From an uncultured Bifidobacteriaceae bacterium (GTDB lineage: Bacteria; Actinomycetota; Actinomycetes; S36-B12): a stretch of 43,167 nucleotides of DNA. Under the pieces are notes generated by a model. It was not told the origin of the DNA, ran no database searches, and saw nothing but the letters and a program-made list of their open reading frames with translations. Position numbers and translations under genes: made by a program. Positions 31,531-41,909 of this stretch are shown here, in pieces; within the stretch, counting starts at the first letter, position 1, and every line of letters begins with the position of its first letter. The stretch is taken from positions 1-43,167 of the forward strand of contig CAZVCZ010000004.1 in NCBI GenBank assembly GCA_964626275.1, written 5' to 3'.

Positions 31531-32321
31531 CCAGTGACTCCCAGGGCTCGGCTGGGCCGAAGGCCCCCATCGCCGTGGCCCTCGATGCGCCGGATACAGC
31601 CACGATGCAATCGTGGGCGACTGCCGTTGCGCCGGTCGTGCGGACGATCAAGATCGGGCTGGAGACCTATCTGCGAGATGGCGCGCAGGCAGTACATCAG
31701 ACACGACAGGCCATCGAAGCCGAGGACACCACGTGTTCACTCTTCCTCGACTTGAAGCTCCACGACATCCCGGCGACAGTGGCGGGCGCTGCGCGATCCG
31801 TCGCCGGATTGCGCCCGGACTTCCTCACCGTCCATGCAGCGGGTGGTCCGGCGATGATCGAGCAGGCGGCCCGAACGCTGCCCGACACGCGGATCACCGC
31901 AGTCACGGTGCTGACCTCCCTGTCGCGCACCGACCTCGATTCGCTCGGCATCCTGGCCGCGGATGATGCCGCGGATGCCTCCGGCGAGACGGCAGTGGAG
32001 GAACTGGTCTGCCGATGGGCGTCGATCGCGGTCGACGCTGGCGCCCGCGCCATCGTGTGCTCACCCCAGGAGGTGGCGGCCGTTCGCGCAAGTGTGGGCA
32101 ACGACATCGTGCTCATCACACCCGGAGTTCGTCCTGCCGGATCTGCCGCCGGAGATCAGCAGCGGATCGCCACACCGGCCCAGGCCCTGGCCGCTGGAGC
32201 GGACCTGCTCGTCATCGGACGCCCCATCACAGGCGCCGATGATCCGCGCAGAGCGGCCGAAATGATCGCCGAGGAATGTCGCTCGTCGCCGCGCGCCGTC
32301 ACCCACTCGCTCCGGCCATGA
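31527..32321 (+). CDS. pyrF: Orotidine-5'-phosphate decarboxylase (type 2)
   Basis: [25 protein letters not shown] motifs. ATGA overlap with pyrD. Confidence 0.92.
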   Translation: MTSDSQGSAGPKAPIAVALDAPDTATMQSWATAVAPVVRTIKIGLETYLRDGAQAVHQTRQAIEAEDTTCSLFLDLKLHDIPATVAGAARSVAGLRPDFLTVHAAGGPAMIEQAARTLPDTRITAVTVLTSLSRTDLDSLGILAADDAADASGETAVEELVCRWASIAVDAGARAIVCSPQEVAAVRASVGNDIVLITPGVRPAGSAAGDQQRIATPAQALAAGADLLVIGRPITGADDPRRAAEMIAEECRSSPRAVTHSLRP

Positions 32322-32337
32322 CGGTGGTGCAACGTCG

Positions 32338-33210
32338 ATGAGTCGGCCGTCCCTCGATGATGACGCGCGGGCTCTGGGGCGCCAACGGGCGATGGAGGCT
32401 CGCCGTCGACGCGCCGAGGTGAAGTCGTCGCTGTCCTCGGGTGAGGGTGACCTGGTCGCGCTGCTGGCTCAGCGGCGCGACCCTGTCCTGTCGCGGCTTC
32501 GCGTCCGGGAGGTGATCACCGCACTTCCCGGAGTCGGACCTGCCGGCGCAGGGCGCATCCTCACGGAGTGCGCCATCGAGGGGGAGCGCCGTCTGGGTCA
32601 ACTCGGTGACCTGCAGGTGCAGCGACTGCTCTCGGCCGTGCACGCCCGCGAGGCTCCAGAGTTGCCCGCCCGACTACTCGTCCTATCCGGTCCGTCGGGT
32701 GTCGGGAAGTCCTCGGTGGTGGCGTATCTGCGGGAACACCACCCGGCGCTGTGGTTCTCGGTGTCGGTGACGACCCGCACACCCCGGCCGGGGGAGGTCG
32801 ATGGAGTGGACTACCACTTCATCACCCAGGAGACCTTCGATCGCCTCGTCGACGAGGGGGAATTGTTGGAGTGGGCGGTCTTTGCCGGGAACTCCTACGG
32901 AACCCCCGCGGCCCCCGTCCACGAGCGTCTCGAGCGAGGGGAGCCGGTGATCTGCGAGATCGACCTGCAGGGAGCCCGCCAACTGCGTTCGCGAGCGCCC
33001 CATTCCCTCCTGGTCTTCCTTGCACCCCCCTCCTGGCAGGTCCTCGTCGAGCGCCTCACGGGGCGGGGTACCGAGAGCCCCGAGGTCGTCGCGGAACGGC
33101 TGGAGACCGCTCGACGTGAACTCGCGGCGGAGTCGGAGTTCGACGTCGTCGTGGTGAATGACAGCGTGGCGGGTGCGGCCGAGGAGATCGTCCGCGTGCT
33201 CACGGGGTAG
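32338..33210 (+). CDS. gmk: Fusion protein: N-terminal mIHF-like integration host factor domain plus guanylate kinase
   Basis: Single 290-aa ORF. Residues ~1-100 resemble mycobacterial mIHF ([11 protein letters not shown]...[20 protein letters not shown]...[15 protein letters not shown]). Residues ~110-290 are Gmk ([35 protein letters not shown]). No in-frame stop separates them. Confidence 0.85.
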   Translation: MSRPSLDDDARALGRQRAMEARRRRAEVKSSLSSGEGDLVALLAQRRDPVLSRLRVREVITALPGVGPAGAGRILTECAIEGERRLGQLGDLQVQRLLSAVHAREAPELPARLLVLSGPSGVGKSSVVAYLREHHPALWFSVSVTTRTPRPGEVDGVDYHFITQETFDRLVDEGELLEWAVFAGNSYGTPAAPVHERLERGEPVICEIDLQGARQLRSRAPHSLLVFLAPPSWQVLVERLTGRGTESPEVVAERLETARRELAAESEFDVVVVNDSVAGAAEEIVRVLTG

Positions 33211-33273
33211 ACTCTCCCCGCCGGAGCCGGTCAAGGCGCCTCCGGTCACCCCCGTCTAGAGAGGCCCAAGCCC

Positions 33274-33633
33274 GTGTCGTCACCACGTCCCGAGGGCATC
33301 ACCCACCCGGCGATCGATGATCTGCTCGAGCGCACCGACTCGAAGTACTCCCTGGTGATCTACTCCGCCAAGCGCGCCCGTCAGATCAACGCCTACTTCT
33401 CCCAGCTCGGTGAAGGGCTGCTGGAGTATGTCGGGCCCCTCGTGGAGACCCACGTCCAGGAGAAGCCGCTGTCGATTGCCCTGCGCGAGATCGATGCAGG
33501 CCTCCTCACCGCTGAGCCGATCGACCCCAACGCGGTGCCGTCCGCTGTCCCCGTTGAGGAGGTCGTGATCGCCGAAGCGCCGGTCGACCCCTTCACGGTG
33601 ATCGAGGACACGACCCCCGAGGACGCATCCTGA
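33274..33633 (+). CDS. rpoZ: DNA-directed RNA polymerase subunit omega
   Basis: [34 protein letters not shown] core. GTG start with AGAGAGG SD. Extended acidic C-terminus. Confidence 0.9.
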   Translation: MSSPRPEGITHPAIDDLLERTDSKYSLVIYSAKRARQINAYFSQLGEGLLEYVGPLVETHVQEKPLSIALREIDAGLLTAEPIDPNAVPSAVPVEEVVIAEAPVDPFTVIEDTTPEDAS

Positions 33634-34829
33634 GCACACGCATCCTGCTGGGGGTCTCAGGCGGCATCGCCGCCTACAAGGCCTGCTTGCTGGTGCGTCT
33701 TCTGCGTGAAGACGGACACGATGTGCGTGTCGTCCCGACCGAAGCTGCCCTCCGTTTCGTCGGCGCGCCGACCTGGGAGGCACTCTCCGGACATCCGGTG
33801 ACGCACGAGGTGTGGCAGGACGTCGACACGGTCGGCCACGTCGAGCGAGGTCGCTGGGCGGAGTTGGTCATCGTGGCCCCCGCCACCGCGGACCTGCTGG
33901 CCCGGGCCGCGGCCGGACTCGCCGATGACCTGCTCACTACATCGCTGCTGACGGCGACCTGTCCGGTGCTCTTCGCCCCGGCCATGCACACCGAGATGTG
34001 GCATCACCCGGCAACGCAGGCAAATGTCCACACGCTGACTGACCGTGGCTTCGATGTCATGCCTCCTGCGGTGGGTCGCCTCACGGGTGCGGACAGCGGG
34101 CCCGGCCGACTTCCCGAACCGGGAGACATCATGGCGCGAGCCTTGGGCCTGCTCGCACCGCGCGACCTCCTCGGCCGTCACATCGTCGTGTCCGCAGGTG
34201 GCACCCGGGAACCTCTCGACCCGGTGCGATTCCTCGGCAACCGCAGCAGCGGCAAGCAGGGTGTCGCCATCGCCGAACGCGCACTAGCCCGGGGCGCATC
34301 GGTCACCCTCGTCGCGGCACACCTCGAGATCACGCCACCGGCGTCGGCGAAGGTGATCGAGGTGGACAGCGCCGAATCGATGCGCTCAGCCATGCACGAT
34401 GCCGCCGGCTCCGCCGATGCGGTGATCATGGCGGCAGCCGTTGCCGACTTCCGCCCCCGCGAGGCCTCAGCGACCAAGATCAAGAAGGATCCCCAGGTGG
34501 TGGAGGAATCTCGCGTGGTCGAGCTCGTGCGCAATCCCGACATCCTGGCCGAACTCGTCCGGGACCGTCGACCAGGTCAGATCGTCGTGGGGTTCGCTGC
34601 TGAGACGGGTGATGGGCAGAACACGGCCCTCGAGCAGGGGCGAGGCAAGCTCGCGACCAAGGGCGTGGACATCCTGGTCGTCAACGATGTGAGCGAAGGC
34701 CGCGTCTTCGGCCGGGACTCCAACGAGGCCGTCATCTGTCAGGCGTCGGGGGAGGAACTGCAGGTGCCGCAGGGAAGCAAGGCGGCGCTGGCCGACACGC
34801 TCCTCGACGTCATCGCCGCTCGCTGGTAG
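33630..34829 (+). CDS. coaBC: Bifunctional phosphopantothenoylcysteine decarboxylase / phosphopantothenate--cysteine ligase
   Basis: CoaC motifs [13 protein letters not shown] and PAMHTEMW. CoaB motif [24 protein letters not shown]. The 5' end is set at CTG 33630 because the first ATG/GTG/TTG in frame (TTG 33687) would delete the GGIAAYK flavin-binding motif. The stop is certain; the start is inferred. Confidence 0.85.
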   Translation: MSTRILLGVSGGIAAYKACLLVRLLREDGHDVRVVPTEAALRFVGAPTWEALSGHPVTHEVWQDVDTVGHVERGRWAELVIVAPATADLLARAAAGLADDLLTTSLLTATCPVLFAPAMHTEMWHHPATQANVHTLTDRGFDVMPPAVGRLTGADSGPGRLPEPGDIMARALGLLAPRDLLGRHIVVSAGGTREPLDPVRFLGNRSSGKQGVAIAERALARGASVTLVAAHLEITPPASAKVIEVDSAESMRSAMHDAAGSADAVIMAAAVADFRPREASATKIKKDPQVVEESRVVELVRNPDILAELVRDRRPGQIVVGFAAETGDGQNTALEQGRGKLATKGVDILVVNDVSEGRVFGRDSNEAVICQASGEELQVPQGSKAALADTLLDVIAARW

Positions 34830-34845
34830 CCCACCCGCTACAGTG

Positions 34846-34968
34846 AGGCGCATCGTAATGAGCGCCAGCGCGAAGCCCCGGCTTGCTGGCCGGCAACCCT
34901 CGTCAGCGCGGTGGGGTGCCCCGGGTGAAGACGAGGCCTATGAGGGCAAGCGCGTCGCTGACGCTCCT
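34846..34968 (+). promoter_or_regulatory. SAM-IV-class riboswitch (cis-regulatory leader of metK)
   Basis: Contains AUGAGCGCCAGCG, AAGCCCCGGCUUGCUGGCCGGCAACCC and GCGGUGGGGUGCCCCGGGUGA, which I recognise as the SAM-IV core. Helices seen: UCGU 34853-56 / ACGA 34931-34, GCCAGC 34864-69 / GCUGGC 34885-90, GCGUC 34952-56 / GACGC 34960-64. CUCCU 34964-68 is complementary to the metK SD. Confidence 0.72.
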
Positions 34969-34990
34969 GCCCCGCACTGAAGGAGTGAGA

Positions 34991-36187
34991 GTGTCACAAC
35001 GCCTGTTCACCTCGGAATCCGTGACCGAGGGACATCCCGACAAGATCGCCGATCAGATCTCCGACTCGATCCTCGACGAGTTGCTCCGACAGGACCCGGC
35101 GAGCCGGGTTGCGGTGGAGACGCTGATCACCACGGGCCAGGTTCATGTCGCAGGCGAGGTCACCACCGAGGGATTCGCCGATGTCATGCAACTCGTGCGC
35201 GACGTCGTGCTCGAGATCGGCTACGACTCGTCCGTGAAGGGATTCGACGGTGAGTCCTGCGGGGTATCGGTCTCCATCGGCAAGCAGTCCCAGGACATCG
35301 CCCAGGGAGTCGATGACGCCTTCGAAGAGCGCGTCGACCACAGTGCGGACCCACTCGACCGACAGGGTGCGGGGGACCAGGGGCTCATGTTCGGCTACGC
35401 CACCGACGAGACGCCTACCTTCATGCCGCTGCCGATTTCGCTCGCGCATCGACTCGCTGAGCAACTCTCCGCGGTGCGCAAATCGGGCGATGTGCCCTAC
35501 CTTCGTCCAGACGGCAAGACGCAGGTCACCATCGAGTACGACTCCGAAGATCGCCCGGTGCGACTCGACACGATCGTGGTGTCCAGCCAGCACGCTCGCG
35601 ACGTGAATCTCGAGACACTGCTCACTCCTGATATCCGCAAGCACGTCGTCGAACCGATCCTCGAGACCGTCGACCTCGACTCGCGCGATGTCCGGCTGCT
35701 GGTGAACCCGACAGGTCGCTTCGAGATCGGCGGGCCGATGGGCGACGCGGGATTGACCGGCCGCAAGATCATCGTCGATACGTACGGCGGCATGGCCAGG
35801 CACGGTGGCGGTGCCTTCTCTGGCAAGGACCCGTCCAAGGTCGATCGCTCCGCCGCCTACGCCATGCGCTGGGTTGCCAAGAACGTCGTGGCCGCAGGAT
35901 TGGCCAAGCGCTGTGAGGTCCAGGTCGCCTACGCGATCGGCAAGGCCCAGCCGGTGGGCGTGTTCGTGCAGACCTTCGGCACCGGCACCCTGCCCGACGA
36001 GCGCATTCAGCAGATCGTGCAGGAGGTCTTCGACCTGCGCCCGGCGGCGATCATCGCCGACCTGGACCTGCTGCGACCGATCTACCGGCCCACGGCTGCC
36101 TACGGACACTTCGGTCGGGAACTGCCCGACTTCACCTGGGAGCGCACCGATCGCGTGGATGCGTTGCGCGCTGCCGCTGGAGCCTGA
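34991..36187 (+). CDS. metK: S-adenosylmethionine synthetase
   Basis: [51 protein letters not shown] 34991 is preceded by the SD GAAGGAG. The ORF-track start 34883 lies inside the riboswitch. Confidence 0.95.
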   Translation: MSQRLFTSESVTEGHPDKIADQISDSILDELLRQDPASRVAVETLITTGQVHVAGEVTTEGFADVMQLVRDVVLEIGYDSSVKGFDGESCGVSVSIGKQSQDIAQGVDDAFEERVDHSADPLDRQGAGDQGLMFGYATDETPTFMPLPISLAHRLAEQLSAVRKSGDVPYLRPDGKTQVTIEYDSEDRPVRLDTIVVSSQHARDVNLETLLTPDIRKHVVEPILETVDLDSRDVRLLVNPTGRFEIGGPMGDAGLTGRKIIVDTYGGMARHGGGAFSGKDPSKVDRSAAYAMRWVAKNVVAAGLAKRCEVQVAYAIGKAQPVGVFVQTFGTGTLPDERIQQIVQEVFDLRPAAIIADLDLLRPIYRPTAAYGHFGRELPDFTWERTDRVDALRAAAGA

Positions 36188-36219
36188 GCGAGTTTCGAAC
36201 AGCAGTTTCCGCGACGTCG

Positions 36220-38238
36220 GTGGGGCCTGGCACCATCGGGGCCGTGGGAGCCGCGAGATCCGCTGACGAGACGATCGACGACCCGGTCGCCCGGGTCGCG
36301 GTCGATATCTCCCTCGCGCACCTCGACCGACCCTTCGACTACGCGGTTCCAGCGGTCATGTCGGCAGATGCGGTTCCGGGTGCCCGTGTTCGAGTGCGCT
36401 TCGCCGGTCGACTCGTCGATGGATTCATCCTCGAGCGGGTCGCCGCCAGTGAGCATCGGCTGTCCCCGCTCGCACGGGTGACATCGCCGCTTCCGGTGGC
36501 GACTCCCGCCACACTGACCCTTGCCCGGGCCGTGGCCGATCGATATGCCGGCAGCGTGGCCGATGTACTGCGTGCTGCCATTCCGCCGCGCCACGCCCGA
36601 GCCGAGCAGTCCGTGCTGTCCAGCCCGGAATTCGACCCGACCTCGATCGCAGATGTGCCATCGGGAACCGCATCGGCAATCGCGGGATGGGCTGACTATC
36701 TCGGTGGCCCGGCCCTCGTGCGCCGAATGGCGGCTGGCGAGAGCGTTCGGGCCGTGTGGAATGCGGGGCCCGCGGAGGACTGGCCCCGCCGCATCGCCGA
36801 GTTGGCAGTCGAGCAGGTCCAACGTGGCACGGGACTCCTCGTGGTCCTACCGGACGCGCGAGATGTGAGTCGAGTGGACGCTGCCCTCACCGAGACGCTG
36901 ACGACTCAGGTCGGGCAGACCCTGCACGAGACGTTGACCGCGGATGCGGGACCGCAGCGCCGTTACGCAGCCTTCTGTCGCCTTCTCACCGGTCGTCGCC
37001 GGGTGGCTGTGGGCACCCGGGCAGCGTGCTTCGCGCCGGTCCCCGAGGGCAGCGCGCTGGTGATCTGGGAGGACGGGGAGGAGACCTACGCCGAGCCACA
37101 CTCGCCGGGGTGGCATGCCCGGGAAGTCCTGGCGCTGAGATCACACCTGTTCGGAGTGCCGTTGATGGCCGGAGGCTTCGGTCGGTCGGTGGCGGCACAG
37201 TCGTGGATCGCGAGCGGCTGGGCGGGTCCGGTCGTCATGGATCGAGACGTGATCCGCGAGCGTGCACCTCGCGTGCAGGCGCGGCCGACCGATATCGACG
37301 GAGCACCGGCTCGGTTGCCCTCTGCCGCCATGGAGGTTGCCCGATCAGGTCTCACCACCGGACCGGTTCTCGTGCAGGTCGCGCGCAGCGGCTATCTACC
37401 GGGAATGGCCTGTGCTCGGTGTCGCACTCCGGCTCGGTGCGGGGCATGCGGTGGGCCATTGGCCATCACCCGATCGGGTGCGATCCCTACCTGCCGGTGG
37501 TGCTCCTCGACATCGCCGGGATGGAGGTGTCCGCACTGTCACGCGTCAGAACTGAGGGCCATGGCGAGAGGAGCGGTGCGTACCGCCGAGGAACTCGGCC
37601 GTGCGTTCCCGAACACCCTCGTCACCGCCTCCGGTGGTGAGCACATTCTCGACATGGTGAGCGGGGATCCCCAGATCGTGATCGCCACTCCGGGTGCTGA
37701 ACCGGTCGCCGAGGGCGGCTACGCCGCGGTTCTGCTACTGGACGCTCACATCACGCTCGCCCGGGCCTCCCTCTCGGCGGGTGAGGAGACGGTGCGCCGC
37801 TGGCTGACCGCGGCGGCTCTCGCTCGTTCCGCAGCCCCGCTGGTCGTCACCGCCGAGCCATCGATCCCCGCGGTCCAGGCACTCATGCGCTGGGATCCCG
37901 GCTGGTTCGCCGCGCGAGATCTCGCCGAGCGAGAAATGCTTCGGCTGCCGCCCGTCATGAGGTCGGCCATGGCCACCGGAACCTATGAGGCCCTCGAACA
38001 GGTCCGTCAGATGGTCCCTGCTCAGACCATCGTGCACGGGCCCTTCCCCGTAGACGATGACCGGCGCCTGGAACCACCGCGCGCGCGGCTGCTGCTACTC
38101 GCCGATCGAGAGCAGGGATCGTCCCTGGTGCGCGCGCTCCGAGAGGTTCTCGCTGTTCGGGCTGCCCGGCGCGAGGCGGCGGGGCTCGAGATCCGCATCG
38201 ATCCGGCGGATTGGGGCGGGGAGAACTCGCACTTCTAG
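36220..38238 (+). CDS. priA: Primosomal protein N' (PriA), actinobacterial type with degenerate ATPase motifs
   Basis: N-terminal VAVDISLAHLDRPFDY 3'-DNA-binding region, Cys-rich zinc region CARCRTPARCGACGG...CRWC...CPHC, PriA-like C-terminus. Start uncertain (GTG 36220 or GTG 36244). Confidence 0.85.
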   Translation: MGPGTIGAVGAARSADETIDDPVARVAVDISLAHLDRPFDYAVPAVMSADAVPGARVRVRFAGRLVDGFILERVAASEHRLSPLARVTSPLPVATPATLTLARAVADRYAGSVADVLRAAIPPRHARAEQSVLSSPEFDPTSIADVPSGTASAIAGWADYLGGPALVRRMAAGESVRAVWNAGPAEDWPRRIAELAVEQVQRGTGLLVVLPDARDVSRVDAALTETLTTQVGQTLHETLTADAGPQRRYAAFCRLLTGRRRVAVGTRAACFAPVPEGSALVIWEDGEETYAEPHSPGWHAREVLALRSHLFGVPLMAGGFGRSVAAQSWIASGWAGPVVMDRDVIRERAPRVQARPTDIDGAPARLPSAAMEVARSGLTTGPVLVQVARSGYLPGMACARCRTPARCGACGGPLAITRSGAIPTCRWCSSTSPGWRCPHCHASELRAMARGAVRTAEELGRAFPNTLVTASGGEHILDMVSGDPQIVIATPGAEPVAEGGYAAVLLLDAHITLARASLSAGEETVRRWLTAAALARSAAPLVVTAEPSIPAVQALMRWDPGWFAARDLAEREMLRLPPVMRSAMATGTYEALEQVRQMVPAQTIVHGPFPVDDDRRLEPPRARLLLLADREQGSSLVRALREVLAVRAARREAAGLEIRIDPADWGGENSHF

Positions 38239-38275
38239 ACTGATGGGAGGGAACGACCACGGAAGGGACACCTGC

Positions 38276-38821
38276 ATGACGGTTCAACCGATCCGACTCT
38301 TCGGCGATCCGATCCTGCGCACCCCTGCTGACGAGGTCGTCGACTTCGATAAGGAATTGCGCAAGCTCGTCGCCGATCTCACCGAGACGATGCGCGATGC
38401 GCCGGGGAGTGGTCTGGCGGCGCCGCAGATCGGTGTGTCCCTTCGTGTGTTCACCTGGTGGGTCGACGATGAGCTCGGCCACCTGTGCAATCCCTCCCTC
38501 GACCTGTCCGAGGAGACCCAGGACGGGGAGGAGGGTTGCCTGAGCATCCCCGATCTGGCCTTCGATACCCGTCGTGCTCAGCGGGTCGTTGCCAAGGGAT
38601 TCAACATGCATGGTGAACCCGTCACGATCGAGGGCAGCGATCTCCTCGCTCGAGCTATTCAGCATGAGACCGACCATCTCGATGGGATCCTGTTCGTGGA
38701 TCGACTCGACACGGAGACCCGCAAGGCGGCGATGAAGGCGATTCGTGAGGCGGAGTGGTTCGGGGAGCCAGCCCCGGCAGTGAAGATCAGTCCGCACACG
38801 ATCTCCTCGAAATGGCTGTGA
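38276..38821 (+). CDS. def: Peptide deformylase
   Basis: [21 protein letters not shown] motifs. Start at the ATG of [14 protein letters not shown]; the upstream ORF extension overlaps priA. Confidence 0.94.
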   Translation: MTVQPIRLFGDPILRTPADEVVDFDKELRKLVADLTETMRDAPGSGLAAPQIGVSLRVFTWWVDDELGHLCNPSLDLSEETQDGEEGCLSIPDLAFDTRRAQRVVAKGFNMHGEPVTIEGSDLLARAIQHETDHLDGILFVDRLDTETRKAAMKAIREAEWFGEPAPAVKISPHTISSKWL

Positions 38822-38825
38822 TCAG

Positions 38826-39782
38826 GTGCGTGTTCTCTTCGCCGGGACTCCTGACGTCTCCGTGGTCTCCCTCAACGCCCTGCTGCGGTCCCGACATGAG
38901 GTCGTTGCCGTCCTGACGCGCCCCGATGCGCCGAAGGGCCGTGGCCGCACCCTGGTCCGCAGTCCGGTGGGCGCGCGTGCCGATGAACTTGGGATTCCCG
39001 TTCTCACTCCCACGCGGCTGCGCGACCCGGAGTTCCTCGAGGCCCTGACCGCGCTGAGTCCAGACGCCTGCCCGATCGTCGCCTATGGCGGGCTCGTTCC
39101 GCCCGAAGCTCTGCAGATTCCGCGATACGGCTGGATCAACCTGCATTTCTCGCTGCTCCCGGCCTGGCGGGGCGCGGCGCCGGTTCAGCACGCGATCTGG
39201 CACGGCGACGACATCACCGGAGCCTCCACGTTCGTCCTCGAGGAGGGATTGGACACCGGCCCGGTCCTGGGAACGGTGGCCGAACCGATCGGACCGACCG
39301 ATACCAGCGGCGATCTGCTCGAACGGCTGGCGCACAGCGGCGCGGAACTCCTCGTGCGAACCCTCGACGGGCTCGAGGATGGCGTGGCCGCAGCCGTGCC
39401 ACAGCCGAACGATGGCGTCACCCTCGCGCCCAAGATCGAGGTTGCCGACGCGCAGGTCGACTTCTCCCAGCCGGCAGTGCGCGTCGATCGGCAGATTCGC
39501 GCCTGCACGCCAGCGCCCGGTGCGTGGGCGTTTTTTCGAGGAGAACGGTTACGTCTCGGTCCCGTCACTATCGTGACTGCTGCGGGGACCGAGGGCGGCA
39601 GCGACGAGCGTCTGACCGATCTGGCTCCCGGAGCGATCCTGGCCGGGCGGCGGGATGTGTGGGTCGGCACCGCGAGTGCTCCTGTTCGCCTCGGTGAGGT
39701 CACACCGGCCGGCAAGCGTGCGATGCCGGCAGCGGATTGGGCGCGCGGTGTGCGCCTTGAGCCCAGTGATGTTCTCGCGTGA
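38826..39782 (+). CDS. fmt: Methionyl-tRNA formyltransferase
   Basis: [10 protein letters not shown]-terminus, [18 protein letters not shown]. 318 aa. GTG start. Confidence 0.93.
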   Translation: MRVLFAGTPDVSVVSLNALLRSRHEVVAVLTRPDAPKGRGRTLVRSPVGARADELGIPVLTPTRLRDPEFLEALTALSPDACPIVAYGGLVPPEALQIPRYGWINLHFSLLPAWRGAAPVQHAIWHGDDITGASTFVLEEGLDTGPVLGTVAEPIGPTDTSGDLLERLAHSGAELLVRTLDGLEDGVAAAVPQPNDGVTLAPKIEVADAQVDFSQPAVRVDRQIRACTPAPGAWAFFRGERLRLGPVTIVTAAGTEGGSDERLTDLAPGAILAGRRDVWVGTASAPVRLGEVTPAGKRAMPAADWARGVRLEPSDVLA

Positions 39783-41200
39783 ACGACCGTCGGCCCCCTC
39801 GATCGCCGCGCCAAGGATCGTCGGCTGATCAGCGCCGATCACGGCGTGAACGTTCCGACCGGGGTGCCCGCGGTGCGGCCTATGACCTGCTGCACGAGAT
39901 CGCAGCCGAGGACGCCTACGCCAACCTCGTGTGGCCACGGATCCTGCGAGAGGCGAACCTGAGCGATCGGGATGCGGCCTTCGCCACGGAATTGGCCTAC
40001 GGAACCTTGCGCTGGCGCGGATTCCTCGATGCGGTCATCGCGAAATGCGTCGACCGTCCCCTCGATCGCCTGGATCCCCGAGTGTGGGATCTCCTGCGAT
40101 TGGGCACCTATCAAATCCTCATGATGGCCACGGCAGAGCACGCGGCGGTTGCTGAGACGGTCAACCTGGCTAAGTCGGTGGCGGGGGAGGGGCCCGCTCG
40201 GCTGGTCAACGCGGTCCTCCGTCGCGTCGTGCGAGAGGGTGATCGCGAGGCGTGGGTCGCACGGGTCGCTCCCGGTGATTCGATCGTCGACCTGTCGATC
40301 GCGTGGTCCCACCCGGAATGGATGACGACCGCTCTCGCGGAGGCCCTGGGAGCGCAGGGCCGGCGCGGTGACCTCGTCGATGTTCTCCGGGCCGATAACG
40401 CACCGGCACGTCCGGTCCTCGTCGCGCGGCCGGGTCTGCTTCATCCGCAGTCGCTGTACGAGTTCGAGGGAGTGCAGCCCGGGCGGTGGTCGCCCTATGC
40501 CGCGGTGCTCGAGAGGGGGCGACCCGAGGACATCGCGGCGATCCGCGATGGCACCGCCGGGGTGCAAGACGAGGGAAGCCAACTGGTGGCCCTCGCCCTG
40601 GCGTCGGTGCCGGTGGACGGACCTGATACCACCTGGGTCGACCTGGCCGCCGGCCCCGGCGGGAAGACAGCGCTGCTGGCAGGGCTCGCACTGGAGCGGC
40701 ATGCCCGACTCATCGCGGTGGAGCCCCACCGTCACCGAGCCGATCTGGTGAGCCAGGCAGTCCGCGCCTATCCCCCCGGAACCGTTGAGGTGGTGTGCGC
40801 CGATGGTCGAGACGAACTTCCGGTGAGTCAGGCGGATCGGGTTCTGCTCGATGCGCCCTGCACCGGGCTGGGTGCGCTGCGACGCCGCCCCGAAGCGAGG
40901 TGGCGACGGTCGCCGGCCGACCTGGCCACCCTCGGTCCGCTGCAACGTGAACTGCTGGATGCCGCGATCGGACTCACCCGCCCCGGCGGGGTCATCGCCT
41001 ACTCCACCTGTTCGCCGCATCTGATCGAGACCGATCTCGTCGTCGATTCCGCCGTCCGCCGCCATCCGGGACTCGAGCTTCTCGACGCTCGGCCCTATCT
41101 CCCCGGTGTCCCTGACCTCGGGCCCGGCCCCACGGTCCGCCTGTGGCCGCACTTGCACGGAACCGACGGGATGTACCTCGCCCTGCTGCGTCGCGGCTGA
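39779..41200 (+). CDS. rsmB: 16S rRNA (cytosine-C5)-methyltransferase (RsmB/Sun family)
   Basis: NusB-like N-domain. SAM motif [10 protein letters not shown], catalytic [15 protein letters not shown] and YSTCS. GTGA overlap with fmt. Confidence 0.9.
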   Translation: MNDRRPPRSPRQGSSADQRRSRRERSDRGARGAAYDLLHEIAAEDAYANLVWPRILREANLSDRDAAFATELAYGTLRWRGFLDAVIAKCVDRPLDRLDPRVWDLLRLGTYQILMMATAEHAAVAETVNLAKSVAGEGPARLVNAVLRRVVREGDREAWVARVAPGDSIVDLSIAWSHPEWMTTALAEALGAQGRRGDLVDVLRADNAPARPVLVARPGLLHPQSLYEFEGVQPGRWSPYAAVLERGRPEDIAAIRDGTAGVQDEGSQLVALALASVPVDGPDTTWVDLAAGPGGKTALLAGLALERHARLIAVEPHRHRADLVSQAVRAYPPGTVEVVCADGRDELPVSQADRVLLDAPCTGLGALRRRPEARWRRSPADLATLGPLQRELLDAAIGLTRPGGVIAYSTCSPHLIETDLVVDSAVRRHPGLELLDARPYLPGVPDLGPGPTVRLWPHLHGTDGMYLALLRRG

Positions 41201-41219
41201 TCCTCGCTACCCTCACCCT

Positions 41220-41903
41220 GTGGAGCCGCTGATCTCGCCGAGCCTGCTGTCGGCTGATTTCGCTCGGCTCGCTGATGATGTCGCCCGGATTCCCTCGGCC
41301 GACTGGCTCCATGTGGATGTCATGGACTACCGCTTCGTGCCGAATCTCACCGTGGGTCTGCCGGTGGTGGAGTCCCTCGCGGCGGCGACCTCCATTCCCC
41401 TCGACTGCCATCTGATGATCGACGATCCCGATCGCTGGGCCCCCGGCTACGCGGAGGCAGGTGCCCAGAGCGTCACCTTCCATGCGGAGGCCGCACAGGC
41501 GCCGCTGCGGCTGGCTCGCACGCTTCGCGGCATGGGTGCCCGCGCGGGACTCGCGCTGAACCCGGCGACTCCGGTGGAGCCGTTCGCCGATCTGCTGGTG
41601 GATTTCGACATGCTCCTGGTGATGACCGTCGAGCCCGGCTTCGGTGGTCAACCCTTCCTCACCGAGGTCCTCCCGAAACTGCGCCGGGCGCGCGAGATCG
41701 CCGACGCCCGTGGACTGGAGATCTGGTTGCAGGTTGATGGTGGAGTCTCGATGAGCACGATCGAGCAGTGCGCAGAGTCGGGTGCGAATGTGTTCGTCGC
41801 AGGGTCCGCGGTCTTCGGCGCCGACGATCCCGATCGCATGGTGCGCCACCTGCGGGAACGCGCCGCCGTGGCGATGGGCGAGGCCGGCGGACCCGGACAC
41901 TGA
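41220..41903 (+). CDS. rpe: Ribulose-phosphate 3-epimerase
   Basis: [38 protein letters not shown]. Start at in-frame GTG 41220. Confidence 0.93.
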   Translation: MEPLISPSLLSADFARLADDVARIPSADWLHVDVMDYRFVPNLTVGLPVVESLAAATSIPLDCHLMIDDPDRWAPGYAEAGAQSVTFHAEAAQAPLRLARTLRGMGARAGLALNPATPVEPFADLLVDFDMLLVMTVEPGFGGQPFLTEVLPKLRRAREIADARGLEIWLQVDGGVSMSTIEQCAESGANVFVAGSAVFGADDPDRMVRHLRERAAVAMGEAGGPGH

Positions 41904-41909
41904 GTTGTC

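Noticed and set aside
33211-33273. Inverted repeat CCGGAG-12nt-CTCCGG in the gmk-rpoZ gap as a possible terminator or attenuator.
   Set aside because: It is a short 6-bp stem with a large loop and no U-tail. It is indistinguishable from chance palindromes in GC-rich DNA.
41904-41909. Looked for an FMN riboswitch upstream of ribD.
   Set aside because: Only 6 nt separate the rpe stop and the ribD GTG. There is no room for an RFN element, so ribD is apparently co-transcribed with rpe.
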